In this document: piece after piece, positions 1 through 15,351 of the stretch
Layout: each line of letters begins with the position of its first letter
Position numbering within the stretch: position 1 is the stretch's first letter
Source: Eledone cirrhosa
Taxonomy: Eukaryota
DNA: 64,000 nt
Assembly (NCBI GenBank): GCA_964016885.1
Contig: OZ024743.1
Coordinates: 220,968,001 to 221,032,000 of the forward strand
Reading direction: 5' to 3'
The notes under the pieces: model-generated
What the model was told of the DNA's origin: nothing
Seen by the model: only the letters and a program-made list of their open reading frames with translations
Databases searched by the model: none
Translations under genes and position numbers: made by a program

Positions 1-385
1 TATATACATACATATATACATATATATATATACATATATATGTATATTTATATATATGTATATGTATATAAATACATATATATATACATATATATGTATA
101 TATATATATATGTATATACATACATATATATACATATATATATACATATATATGTATATATATATATATGTATATACATACATATATATACATATATATG
201 TATATATATATATATTTATAGACATACATATATATATATATATACATATATACGTATATATATATATGTATATACATACATATAGATATATATATATATA
301 CATATATATATGTATATATATATATGTATATACATACATATATATATATATACATATATATGTATATATATATGTATATACATAC

Positions 386-455
<70 letters not shown>

Positions 456-482
456 GTATATATATATGTACATACATATATG

Positions 483-548
<66 letters not shown>

Positions 549-612
549 TGTATATATATATGTATATACATACACATATATATATATACATATATATGTA
601 TATATATATATC

Positions 613-652
<40 letters not shown>

Positions 653-682
653 TATGTATATATATATGTATATATATATATG

Positions 683-750
<68 letters not shown>

Positions 751-788
751 TATGTATATGTATATATATATACATATATATGTATATA

Positions 789-859
<71 letters not shown>

Positions 860-895
860 ATACATATATATATATATATATACATATATATGTAT

Positions 896-950
<55 letters not shown>

Positions 951-968
951 CATATACATATATATGTG

Positions 969-1002
<34 letters not shown>

Positions 1003-1012
1003 CATATACATA

Positions 1013-1065
<53 letters not shown>
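1..1065. repeat. Degenerate (TA)n microsatellite, one of dozens in the window
   Basis: Direct reading. Other large tracts at 1405-1879, 2070-2371, 3105-3405, 7738-8193, 13649-13761 and 53373-53708. Confidence 0.98.
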
Positions 1066-1069
<4 letters not shown>

Positions 1070-1313
1070 TATAAGGGAGAGGATTAGGAGTGTGTAACAC
1101 TCCACTTATCCAATATTATTTTTCAATGTTTATTTTTTATTTCTTCAATGTTTATTTTTTACTTTTTACTATTCTTTATCCTCCAATTTTATTTTCTACA
1201 CTATCTCACTCTATTCACTCTACTCTTTAAACTCCTCCCAACTTATGGCATCCCCATATATATTCTTCTGTCTTGGCTTTGTTAATGCTTGTGTAATACG
1301 TACTCACTCTTTA

Positions 1314-1359
1314 TGCTCTGATGAGTCCCACTTATAGTGTGGACGAAACACTGTTAGCA
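1314..1359 (+). ncRNA. Minimal type-I hammerhead ribozyme in a (TA)n-flanked island (1066-1408)
   Basis: TGCT-CTGATGA-GTCCCAC TTATA GTGTGGAC-GAAACACTGTT-AGCA. Core intact, stem II present, short stem III, stem I TGCT/AGCA. Followed by AATTAAA and then (TA)n. Confidence 0.8.
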
Positions 1360-1401
1360 ATTAAAGATATACCTATGTTCTAAGCGTTCTTTGTTGTTAA
1401 T

Positions 1402-1453
<52 letters not shown>

Positions 1454-1475
1454 ATGTATATACATATATATATAC

Positions 1476-1607
<132 letters not shown>

Positions 1608-1692
1608 ATACATATATGTATGTACATATATATATATATATACATATATATATATGTATGTATATACATATATGTATATACATATATATATG

Positions 1693-1748
<56 letters not shown>

Positions 1749-1788
1749 TATGTATATATATATATACATATATATGTATATATATATG

Positions 1789-1866
<78 letters not shown>

Positions 1867-2083
1867 CATATATATATATTAGAAAATAGAATTCGCTTTC
1901 ACCGTATTTTTTGACTAAAGAAATTTTAGTTTGATAATGGGGTTTAGAACCCTCAGATAAATAGAAAATAGATGAGTTTTGACGTACATTTCTTTAGTAA
2001 AAAAATACGGTGAAAGCTCTTCTATTTCCTAATTTCAAACCTGCTCACTGTTTCAAAAGATATTTTACACATATATATATATG

Positions 2084-2182
<99 letters not shown>

Positions 2183-2216
2183 CATACACACATATATATA
2201 TACATATATATGTATG

Positions 2217-2254
<38 letters not shown>

Positions 2255-2296
2255 AATGTATATACATATATATGTATATATATATGTATATACATA

Positions 2297-2373
<77 letters not shown>

Positions 2374-3178
2374 GGGCTGCCAACTCGTTTTCGAAGGAAG
2401 TGGTCAGCAGTGGAAGTGCTGTGGTCAGTTGGTGCTGAGACAGTGGTCGGAAGGGCATAGCAGCAGTCGGCGGAATGGTAGGGAGGCGAGGATGGGTAGG
2501 TGTGAGAGTTGGAGTGAGGAGGGTGTGTGTGTGTGTGTGTGTATTAGTAGGGGTGTTAGTGGCATGAGTGAGTGTGGAGCGGGGAGAGAAGGGTGTGTGT
2601 GGTTCTATGGAGGGAGTGTGGTGTACTGGTGTGTGTGTAGTTTGGTGAAGAGGTGTTAGTGGGTGTTAGTATACGGGAGGTGGGGAGGGGTGGAATGCAG
2701 GTGTGAGTGGGGGTTAGTGGGGGTAGGGTGTGTAGAGTTGGTGGTGTACGAGGGTGTGTGGGTACGTGTGCGTGGGGTTGGAGGGTGTTAGTGATGTTAG
2801 TTGCGTGTGGGGTGGGTGGTGTAAGTGGGTGCGTGTGTGCGTGTGATAGGGGGGGGGGAGAAGAGGGGAGGGAAGGGATGTTAGTATGTTAGTTGGGGAA
2901 GGGTGGTCAGATGAGGGCTGGAGTGGAGGTGTTAGTATTGTTAGTGTGGGGTGGGCGGTGAAAAGGAGGGGTGTGTTAGTGGTGTTAGTGGTGTTAGTGG
3001 TGTTAGTGGGGGATAAGTGTGGGGGGAGGGGGCGGTCGAACGCTAAAGGAATAAGGGTGGGGAGTTCAGGCCGGGGGGAGTGTGGGTCTGTAAGATGAAG
3101 ATAGATATATATATATATATGCATATATATATATATATATTTAAAAGAATATATATATATATACATATATATATAAAA

Positions 3179-3271
<93 letters not shown>

Positions 3272-3275
3272 TATA

Positions 3276-3365
<90 letters not shown>

Positions 3366-3368
3366 AAA

Positions 3369-3406
<38 letters not shown>

Positions 3407-5899
3407 TTAGAATTTAGAATTTAGTATCATGCTGACATAAATTTTATATTGCTTCCATCTAACGGCGGTATCTTGTATTATATACTTTTGCTTTTACTTT
3501 TATTTTATAAGCATATCTACGTCCGTCGCCGTGTATGCAACGTCTAATATTGTGTAAGTGTATGCGTCTTAACTTTCCATATACATACACGTATATACAC
3601 ACTTACACACGTATATATATATGTAAATGCATATATATATATGCCGGGGGGGGGGGGGCAAGTATGTGGTACCGTACATGCTCACATTATACCTGAGGAC
3701 TTGTTAGTTTCTCATGACTAATTGCGGTAGCGGTGGCGCACGCCTTCATTATATAGTGAAACAATAGAGATGCACTTAACGTAGAACAAAAGGCAGTAGT
3801 GAGTGATTCCAGTGATTTTCAAAGCCACCATCTTCACCATCACAAGCACCACAACCATCAGCACCTGGAAATGTATCAATTAGTCATCTCTATTTAAAGA
3901 AATACTTACAAGCAGCTTGTTAACTCCACGATAACTGCCCGAACTACCGTCATCATTTCAGACTGCGGAAGATTTTCATTTACTAAAACCACTTTGCCTT
4001 TTCTACAGATGAATATATTTACAATATTCACCATTATTCAATGTATTGATTGTATTCAACTTATTCATTATTACTAACTACTAACTGTTAATGATTAATG
4101 CAATTGCAACGGTCTCTGTATATTTACAGTTCCATTCACCAACCCTTAAATGTCGCTGTTGGAATATAATCTTTAATAATTACATAATGGCGTACACTTG
4201 CTTCACCTATTTCCCTTTTAAAAGTCTTTGAAATATTTTCCAGTATGTTCTGTCACTCGTTCTGTCATTTATTTATTTGTTTGTGTTGCATTAATTAATT
4301 TATCTTCTTTTTGTTTTCAGAGTTTGGGCTCCTGAGAACCATGCATTGTAACATCATTCCAACAAATTCTATTTCCTAACTAAATATACACATTTAATGG
4401 CCTTTTCCACCAATAATCTCCGTCTCATACGATTTGCATACAACTACACGTACTTTTGATTTCGTTTCCTTATTTTCTACTCTACTTTTGTTGACCAACT
4501 GACACTTAAAATATACGTCACCTCGGCTAACCCCGACCAATAGCTTCAGATAACGAGTTTCATTTCGCGTCTTCCTCTTCCACCACCCCTCCACATCCAT
4601 CTATCAAATTATTCAGTCATCCTCTTCATTCATCCATTTATTCAATCGTTTGTTCTTTCGTTCATTCCTATTTTGGTTTGTTCAATTATTTCATTAGTTT
4701 GTTTAGTTTAGTTTTTGTGTTTGTTTATTCTAGTTTCACTTTCTCCATTTTGATTAAAAACTGGAAGACAACTGCCAAAGTTTATTTGTTCATTAGCCGT
4801 TACCAAAGAGAGGTCAGTTCTTGAGCAGAGGAAATTCTATATCTGATTGATGAAGAGAAGTAAGAGTTTACTTAATTTTCCAACGACGTATTTCGGTACA
4901 AATCTCATTAAAAGTTTGCTGACATCTTATCTGCATATCTCTGTCAATGAAAAAGAATTGTTCACTCTCCAACATTCTAACCTATTGTTTTGTGATTACA
5001 AATACAACGCTGCAATGTATTGTATGGTGTGGATATAGATATAGGCCCCTTTCAGTCAAGACCGACCATGGTTTTGCTCCTGGAAATTACCTCACCAAGA
5101 CACAATCCTGCCAAGGTATTTTGTGAAAGAGTATAGGCAATCTCCCTTATTCACGTCATTGATGTTATACAAGAGAAAAGGAAAGGCAGATGCAGGAATC
5201 GTTCATGTATCTAATCAGGTATACAGGCGCAATGTGAAATAAAGTGACGTGCTTAATGACACTACACGTCAGGTAGAGGAATTGATACCGTAATCTTACG
5301 ATCATGAACCCATCATACCAATTTTTAGGCCACACACCATCACTATGATGTATTGCAGTGTAAATTTCCTGAAGATATAATGGTGTTGTGTGTTCTAGTT
5401 TCAAGTGCTGTTGTGAAGTATAGTGTTGTGTAGTGTGGTGTAGTATGGTGGATTGTGATACGGTATACATTCAGAGGATCAAAATATTTCTTCGTTCTGT
5501 TGCTATGGTGACATCAATTATTCCCTTCATATATTGTTATTGCAATATAAAATATTCATTAAATTGTTAATTAATTACAATTTTGATAACGATATTAGCA
5601 GTAAAATTAATAATAACAACAACAAATGCAACAACAGTAAAGGATGCAAATAATGATAATAATAATAATCATGTGTTCATTTATTAGCCACAAGGGCACA
5701 ATTCGTTTGGAGAACACACAAAAAAAAAACGCACAACACAAATTAGTGTTTACATTGCATAAAAGGTAATAGAATCAACGAAAAACAATAATTATTATTA
5801 TTTCACTTGTTATTGGTACTACTATTATTGTTGTACGCGTTATTACTATGTTGTTTGATGTTATTTATATTAGTATTGCCATTATTATTGTTATTGCTA

Positions 5900-7285
5900 T
5901 GGCGGTAATGCCAAGTGGTATATATTCAAGCTTTCTACATTCTGAGCTCAAATCTCCCGAGGTCAATTGCCATCTTGAAGAGTTCAAGAAAATGATATAC
6001 CAATCAAGTAATGGGCAGGATTTAATCAACCTAGCGCTCCTCTATAATTACTAGCCGTGTGTCTAAATTATAAACCTTCCTTATTGTATTTGTTGTTGTT
6101 ATTGTCATGCTAATATCATCATTATTATTTCGATTGTTAATCCCGCCGAGGTTAACTTTGCCTTTCATCTTTACGGGATCGATAAAATAAAGTACCAGTA
6201 ATGTAATGGGATAATTGCTGGCCTTGTGCCAAAAGTAGAAATAATTATTTCTATTGTTATGGCGTTGGATTGGCAGTAGTAATCGATAGAGCGTATGACA
6301 CCAACTGATAATTGTGGTAATTCTAATCATGCTAACTATATTTGACAAATATATTTAACCCATAAGGAGATGTAGCATCATAGGATCCTTGATCCCATTG
6401 CACGGCATCCAGACCAAGAGTAATTTACCATGGCCTAGGATCGATCCAATGCTTATGAGAGAAACTGTGTCGATGCAAACTGTTTTTAAACCCGTCGGTG
6501 GAATGTACTTGTAGTTTACAGAACCTGTCATTCATACCGTGCTGAATCTCCCTGATAACTACATTAAAATTACATGTGTATGGTTGAGTGCTCAGCTAAA
6601 TGCTCGTTAATTTCATGCGTAGTCAGTTACGTTGATCAAAAGACTGGAAGACTTATCGTTGAAAATTATCCTAGATCTTGGTTGTTTCTAGGTAGATGTT
6701 TTGATTTCCTGCATTCTAAAAAGAAAAGAAAACTTTCACTCTTGTGGCGAAGAAAGAAATTATTATTGCTATCTCTATTATCACTGCTTTGACAGAGATT
6801 TACAGAGTTGTTAGACGTGGGGACACATGCTTAGCCGTATTTATTCTGACTATTTACGTTCAGGTGTCTAATCTCGCCGAAGTCGACTTTGCTTTTTATC
6901 CGTCTACGGTTGATGAAATAAGTACCGGTAAAATACTGGTGTCGATATAATCGATTTTCCCGCCCCACAAATCACTGGCCTTGTGTCTAAATTACAAATA
7001 AGTATTTAAAGGCACAGAACCCATCACCCCTTCCCCGCCCAATTCTTCTGTGACACTAGAGCCCTTGCCTTTCACTTCCTTTTCTGTTTTTATATTTTCT
7101 TATTTTACATTCCATTCTTTCTTCTCAATCTATTTTTTTCTTTTTCTATTTACCAACATAAACGAAACATACCAATAATTTAAGATGGTAAAGAAGGCAG
7201 TGTATTGGCTGAGATTTTAGGTGTTGATGCATATTTCTATTCTGAGTTCGAATCCCGCTGAGATAAACTTTTCTTTTCATTTTAA
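5900..7285 (+). mobile_element. Cluster of SINE fragments of different ages (about 5900-6075, 6141-6246, 6795-7000, 7190-7285)
   Basis: Recurrent GAGGTTAACTTTGCCTTTCATC and GGCCTTGTG motifs. Further old copies at 57268-57415 (-) and 63060-63125 (+). Confidence 0.7.
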
Positions 7286-7519
7286 CTAGGGCAGACTACG
7301 TAAGAAAAAATATGGAAAAATGAATAACAGTTAATCATGTTCTTCTTGAAAATAAAAAAAACGTATTTCTAGAAAATAATAGCGTTAAAATATATTGCAA
7401 AGCATTGGTTGCTCATAGCAGTAGGTTTGGAAGAGTACGTAGCATTATTTGGAAAAATGCCAGTATGGTGTGTAAGAAGAAAGAATGGAGAGAGAGAGAG
7501 AAAGGGAAAAGAAGAGAGT

Positions 7520-7569
<50 letters not shown>

Positions 7570-7732
7570 TTGTGAGAGGGAAAGAAAGAGACAGAGTCAG
7601 AAAGACATAGAGAAAGAGCTCCATTGAAGCAAAAACCTACACTAAACTTAATATGAGACTTTTGAATGCCACAAGGAGTAAATCCATTCCAGTCAGATCA
7701 AATTCAATTTTAGAGAATAGCCATAAGAAAAA

Positions 7733-7774
<42 letters not shown>

Positions 7775-7783
7775 CCAATAAGA

Positions 7784-7890
<107 letters not shown>

Positions 7891-7919
7891 TATATAGACA
7901 TATATATACATATATATTT

Positions 7920-7986
<67 letters not shown>

Positions 7987-8005
7987 TATACATATATATT
8001 TATAC

Positions 8006-8084
<79 letters not shown>

Positions 8085-8102
8085 TACATATACATTTTCA
8101 TT

Positions 8103-8152
<50 letters not shown>

Positions 8153-8162
8153 AATGAAAATG

Positions 8163-8194
<32 letters not shown>

Positions 8195-8459
8195 AATGGA
8201 ATAGAATGAAACGAAATTTCATTTCTCACTCTTAGTACGGCACTTACTTAAATGTATGTATGTATGTATAGGTACATACATATATGTATACAGACGTACA
8301 GTTGTATGTATATATATACATACATGCACACACATATATATTACCAATAAGACGATGAGAAATAATGAAAAGAGGAAGAAACCAAATTATATGTAAAAAG
8401 ACGGTGATGAGGATAATGTCGATGACGATGATGTTGTAGTTGTTAGTGGAGGCTGTAGT

Positions 8460-9390
8460 GGCGGTGGTGGTGGTGGTGTTTGTATTGTTGTTGTTGTTGT
8501 TGTTGTGTTGGTGGTGATGGTGGTGGTGGTGTTGGTATTGTTGTTGTTGTTGTTAATGGTGGTGATGGTTGTAGTGTTGGTGTTGTTGTTGTTGTTGTTA
8601 ATGGTGGTGATGGTTGTGGTGGTGTTGGTATTGTTGTTGTTGTTGTTAATGGTGGTGATGGTTGTAGTGTTGGTGTTGTTGTTGTTGTTGTTAATGGTGG
8701 TGATGGTTGTGGTGGTGTTGGTATTGTTGTTGTTGTTGTTGTTGTTGTTAATGGTGGTGATGGTTGTAGTGTTGGTGTTGTTGTTGTTGTTTGTAATGGT
8801 GGCGATGGTGGTGATGGTTGTAGTGTTGTTGTTGTTGTTGTTGTTGTTGTTTGTAATGGTGGTGATGGTGGTGCCGGTGTTGGTATTGTTGTTGTTGTTG
8901 TTAATGGTGGTGATGGTTGTAGTGTTGGTGTTGTTGTTGTTGTTGTTGTTGTTAATGGTGGTGATGGTTGTAGTGTTGTTGTTGTTGTTGTTGTTAATGG
9001 TGGTGATGGTTGTAGTGTTGGTGTTGTTGTTGTTGTTTGTAATGGACGGGTTGGTGGTGGTGGTGTTGGTATTGTTGCTGCTGTTGTTGTTAATGGTGGA
9101 GATGGTGGTGGTGTTGGTATTTTTGTCGTTTTTGTTGTTTGTGTAGTTGTTGTTGTTAATGGTGGTGGTGCTGGCGATGGTGGTGTTAGTGGTGGTATTG
9201 TTTTTTTATTGTTCTTGTTTGTGGATGTGTTAGTGGTGTTGGTGGTTGTGGTGATGGTTGTGGTAGTGGCTGTGGTTGTTGTTGTGGTGGTGGTTGCGGT
9301 GGTGGAGGTGTTTGTGGTGATTGTGGCCTTGATAGTGGAGGTGGTGCTAGTGGTGATAGTGGTTGTAGTGGTTGTAGTGGTGGTGGTGAT
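8460..9390. repeat. (GTT/GGT)n-derived minisatellite with alternating ~42-45 bp units
   Basis: TTAATGGTGGTGATGGTTGTAGTGTTGGTGTTGTT units alternate with ...GGTTGTGGTGGTGTTGGTATTGTT units. Confidence 0.9.
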
Positions 9391-9884
9391 GAAGATAATA
9401 CCGTGAAAGTTACTGACGATGACATAGAAGCAAAAGTAAAATAAAACAAATTTGGGAATGATGATTATGTTGATGATGATGATCTGATAATGGCGGAGAT
9501 GTTGTTGTTGTTGTTGCTGGTGGTGGTGGTGGTGGTGTTAGTGGGGTGGGGCAATGATGGTGCTGCTGCTGCTGTTGACTTTGATCAAGGGGAGGCGGAG
9601 GAGCAGGAGGGGATAAAGTAAGTAGATGATAACTTTGTAATAGATGATGTTGTTGAAGATGATGATGACGTAAAGGAGGAGGAAGAGGAGGAGGAGGACG
9701 AGGACGAGGAGGAAAGGAAAGAGAGGCTGAGGGAAAAAGCAAACAAAAGATTCTGGTTTTGGAAAAAATGAAAATTCTTAAGCTCTGTCATAACAGAAAA
9801 GAAAATAAGCGTTCTCTCTTTGTCATAAAATAGAAAATGTCCAGGTCATGTGATAGCTACCTCATAAATTATATCAGTGAATGA

Positions 9885-10430
9885 AGTGGTGGGGATAGTG
9901 GTGGTAATGGTGGTGGTGGTGGTGGTGGTGGTGGTGATGGTGGTGAGGGTGATGGTGGTGATGATGATGGTGGTGGTGGTAGTGGTGGTGATGATCGTGG
10001 TGGTGGTGATGGTGGTGATGGTGGTGGTGGTGGTGATGGTGGTGGTGGTGATGATGGTGGTGGTGGTGATGGTGATGGTGGTGACGGTGGTGGTGGTGGT
10101 GGTAGTGGTGGTGATGATGGTGGTGATGGTCGTGGTGGTGATGGTGGTGATGGTGGTGGTGGAGTTGATGATGGTGATGCTTGTGATGGTGATGTGAGGG
10201 TGCTGATGGTGAAGGTGGGGATTATGGGGGGAGGGGGGTGATGGGGGTGATGGTGTTGGTAGTGGTGATGGTGTTGGTAGTGATGAGGGTGGTGGTGATG
10301 ATGAGGTGGTGACGATGGTGGTGGTAGTGATGATGGTGGTGATGTTGGCGAGGGTTGTGATGGTGGTGAAAGATTTGGTGGTGGTGGCGATGGTGGTTGT
10401 GGTGATGGTTGAGGTAGATATGATCGTAGT
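9885..10430. repeat. (GGT/GAT)n low-complexity tract
   Basis: Direct reading. Confidence 0.9.
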
Positions 10431-10784
10431 GGTGTGAGTGGGGAGGACCCTCTTATAGAATTTCTATTTAGGAAATAACCACATTCCGCAATAATGACAT
10501 AACCATTTCGCAATAAACCGTATATATTCAAGTATAGAAACCGGGTTTTATGATCACATTTTGAGGATTTGCAGGCCGTTCCCTTATTAAGCCTACAGAT
10601 CCCACAAGGAGAACTACCAATAAAACTATTCGACACTGTATTTATTTTTTTAACATCAAATGTTATTGCCGCGCTGTGACGTCATTTCCAATGGTGGCTT
10701 TACAAAATGTGCTTCGTTTGTGATTCAAAGACTCATCAAGTGTGTTGAATTGAAAGATAAATACATTTTTGTTCATACACACTC

Positions 10785-10818
<34 letters not shown>

Positions 10819-10850
10819 CATTTACACACATAAATACTCACACACACACG

Positions 10851-10882
<32 letters not shown>

Positions 10883-11454
10883 CCTCTGTGTGTGTTTGTG
10901 AGGGTGTGCCGGTGTTTATGTACGTATAAATCGTTTGCGTATATATTTTTGTGTGTATAAAATATACGAGGAAGTCTTTGATCCCTACGGGTGATTTACT
11001 TATCTGCGTTTATCAAAGAAGAGAAAAGGAAATAAAAGACAACCAAACAAACAAACAATAAACAAAGGAAGTAGTAAAGAAGAAGCGAAGAAAGAATTCT
11101 AAAGAAGGAACAGAAGAAAAGAACGTGAATGAAAATTAAGGTGATAAATTTTAAAAATTTATAGGCGATGCCTCCTAAGTCGAAACCATTAGAGGAAGTT
11201 ATTAAAAGTGAAAACAGAGCAAGAAGAATCTGCGCGGCATTATGTCACCTGTAACCTGCGCACATAATAAATCATAGAAAAATTTAATCCACTTAGTAAT
11301 AGGTAATCTGTGTTGGCTAAGTAAACCAAATGAAAGAAACATCTTTCTTGGATCCCTTCCCCACACACACGCATATATATATATATACATATATATATTT
11401 CAGTTTCCTAATGCTAGCTTAGACGCAGGTACACACACACACACACACACACAC

Positions 11455-11617
<163 letters not shown>

Positions 11618-11652
11618 TACATATATATACATATATACATATATATATATAC

Positions 11653-11720
<68 letters not shown>

Positions 11721-13645
11721 ATAATAATAAATTTGAAGACTAAAATCCAAAGAGGGCTCGATATGGATAAATATATATCCAATATATAAGAACCGTAGAG
11801 CAAATATTTATTAAGATAACAGATTAAAGTTTAAGCAAAGAATCGCTGCTTTCACCCTTAACGGGATCTTCTGAAGCTATATATATATATATATTTATTC
11901 ATATATTTGTATAAGTGTGTGTATTTGTGTGCATATATCTAATCACATGAATTCCCTATATTTTTTCATGAATTGCTATAATAGTATGCTGATAATCCTT
12001 ATTTGGTCCGGCAATGTTGATATACACAGATATTTTGCGTCCAAGCAATTCTGATGGTTTATCCTCAGCTTCGTGGAAAACACAAAATTTACATAAACAA
12101 AAAATAAATTGTATTACAAAAAATTGCTATAACAAAAAATATATTGCTATTAAAAAAAAATTTTTTTTTTTATTCCTTTTACAAAATACTTTCCAAATTT
12201 ATATCATAACCCTAAAGGAATAGTTATTCTAATCAGTAAATTTATTCAAGTATATATTGCAGTGCTTGGGAGTATACAATATTCTTAGTTTTTCTGTTGG
12301 AAGTTAAGAAAAAGAGTGTGTGATTCCATGGGTTAGTAAACTTGTTGGTTACTGGAACACCAAAGGATGGGTGGGGTAGGTCGTGGAGGTGGTGAGAGGT
12401 AGTGGGATGTAGCTGTGGCAAATTAAAATAGTCGGAATTGCTGTAGTGTGTTGCTCGGAAGATGGTCTATGTGCTAGCTACACAGCAGGATAAAGAAAAT
12501 ATAGAAAGTTTCATGAAAAAGATAATTCTTTACTGAAGAGTAAACTTTTGTCTCTAGTTCATTTATTTTAAACTAATATCATAGAACTTAACCCAATTGA
12601 TGCCATGTCTCCTGAAACCACATCTGGTTCTATGATACAAAGCTGTCTATTTTAAAATGTTTGTATTTATTTAAATAAAATTTCCATCATAATTTTATGA
12701 AAATCTGTTGTTATAAAACCAGCTTAATAATTCTTGAATATTTACTCAATTATTTGAATATTATTGCCAGGGTCTTTCGCTTTAAATATAGAAACTAGAG
12801 TTGAAGATAAAAATGTTAAAATCGATCTTGATGGGAATTAATATCAGGGCATTTTATGTTGTGAACAGCATACTGTGTAACCTCCAAGTAAGCTTACTAC
12901 TAATCATACTAAATCCTGGAACGCATACACGACAACAGTTAGTTTTCAACTCGCCTAAAGTATTATATTTTTGTTTAAAGGACAGACTATAGCGACAAAT
13001 CTAACTTCTTTCATATTAAATTCTCTTGTATCTTACATGGTTAGAGAAAGTCTGTTATGACAATCATATTATTAGTGAAGACATTTTTTCAAAGCAGAAA
13101 CGGCAAGAGATATATTAATCTTGGTTATTCACAGTCCTTATGAAAAATATTTATTTTTTTCCTATCACAAAAGGTCAGCTTAAAAAGGCCAATGAAGATA
13201 GTCAATCATAATATTTTCAAAGGCATTTCAAAAACTTATAGAAAATAAACAGCGTTATTTCAAGCGGATGGGGTAGACACTAAAGATATTACTTTTAAAA
13301 GTTTACAAAATTGACTATAGTGAGTTGAGAGAGATTTCGGTCTTTGAAAAACTCTGTTTGATTCATATCAAAGAGAAATATGATAGTGCACGATGTTTTA
13401 TCACCAACACTAATGGCTTTTTTACCAAAATTCTGTAAAATGTTTGCAATAAAATCTAGTGGTCTAAAACAGAAGCAAAATCGGTCATGTTAGATAGTTT
13501 ATGACATAAAATATCTATATAACAATTTTGGAAGTGAGAGTCCATAATCTGAGAGTTATTATCATAGATACTCTGTAATTTCGAATGGACTAAATACTTT
13601 TGCGTTTTGCGTAGAATTTGGTAGACAGAAACTGTGTAGAATATC

Positions 13646-13765
<120 letters not shown>

Positions 13766-13953
13766 GAATGAACATGTCACATAAATATATTCCAGTAATT
13801 CACTCATTGTCGAAAGAAACCGAAATGTTTTCGTCAAGATAGAATTGCGGATAGTAAATATATATTCCCAACTATTTTTTATTAAGTTCTCAATTGAAAC
13901 TGTTCTACCTCCCTCTATATTAGTATTAAAAAAACAAATTTAACACACAGACA

Positions 13954-14049
<96 letters not shown>

Positions 14050-14104
14050 TCCAGAAATAGCCGTCGAAACGATTTGAGCTATGCCTCGGGGTCCTGAACC
14101 TTTT

Positions 14105-14191
<87 letters not shown>

Positions 14192-14195
<4 letters not shown>

Positions 14196-14573
14196 TAAGA
14201 TGGTAGTATGGGCGAAACAAGAGAAGAAAAGAAATCCCCTTCATCAGCTGTAAAACCGAGATCAAGATGTTTCGGCCCTTAATACAGGACATCTATAAGC
14301 GATCAGCGGCGCGCCCAAGGCCTTTTCTCAATCAAAAGGCCAGGAGGGAAAGAAAAGAAGAAAGAAGAAAAATGGGGAAAGGTAGTGAGGAGAGAGGAAG
14401 AAAGAGAAAAACAGGTAAACATACCAGATAAGGGGGGGGGGGGGCAGGACAATGGAACATGAAAGTGAGTAACCGAGGAAAAAATAGAATAGAATAAGTT
14501 ATAGCGTACCGATTAGACGTAAGTCTCTCTGTCTCTCTGTCTCTCTCTATCTCTCTCTCTTTCACTCTCACTC

Positions 14574-14613
<40 letters not shown>

Positions 14614-15000
14614 CTTCGATTGAGATGGCACGGTAACACTTGACTCCTGTTATCACACCCCCAGACTTACGTCTAATCGGTACGCTCTAACTTATTCTAT
14701 TCTATTTTTTCCTCGGTTCCTCACTTGCATGTTCCGTTGTCCTGCCCCCCCCCCCCCCCCCATCTGGTCTGTTTACCTGTTATTTTCTCTTTCTTCCTCT
14801 CTCCTCACTACCTTTCCCCCTTTTTTCTTCTTCTTTCTTTTCTTTCCTTCTTGGCCTTTTGATTGAGAAAAGGCCTTGGGCGCGCCGCTGATCGCTTTTA
14901 GATGTCCTGTATTAAGTGCCGAAATATATTGATATCTGTTTCACAGCTGATGAGCGATTTCTTTTCTTCTTTTGTTTCGTCCATACTACCATCTTAAACT
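14192..15000. repeat. Long inverted repeat with arms of about 335 bp (14192-14526 and 14663-15000)
   Basis: The arms are reverse complements with scattered mismatches. A related single copy lies at 50400-51040. Confidence 0.9.
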
Positions 15001-15050
15001 TTGTTTACAGTAACCACACGGCTCCTTTCGTTTATATATATATATATATA

Positions 15051-15250
15051 TTGTTATACTTGGGGAGGGTCATATTTGTGTAATACTATTGCCAGAATTA
15101 ATAACAGAACACACTCACTGTTTGGTTGGTTTTCGCTTCTGTGTCTTTTATATCGGTTAATTTAATTTATTCGGTCCTCAATGTTACCATTGACTGACCA
15201 ACGGTAAAAAATACAGATATAATATAGACACAAACACATATATAGTCTAA
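15051..15250 (-). mobile_element. 3' fragment of the same Penelope-like family as 60680-61527
   Basis: Reverse complement of 61330-61525 (ATTGAGGACCGA...CCAACCAAACAGTGAGTGTGTTC...CTCCCCAAGTATAACAA), ending in (TA)n. Other relatives at 19433-19529 (+) and 59875-60163 (+). Confidence 0.75.
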
Positions 15251-15266
15251 CAAAGTTCACACACAC

Positions 15267-15297
<31 letters not shown>

Positions 15298-15351
15298 TGT
15301 ATGTATGTATGTATGTATGTATGTATGTATGTATGCATGTATGTATGTATT

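Noticed and set aside
3690-3775. CTGAGGA...GAAAC hammerhead candidate
   Set aside because: No convincing stem I or III and no NUH cleavage site after GAAAC.
10440-10636. Non-repetitive Cys-containing start of ORF 9869-10636 as a possible exon
   Set aside because: No recognisable family, no clear donor site, and it runs into a simple repeat.
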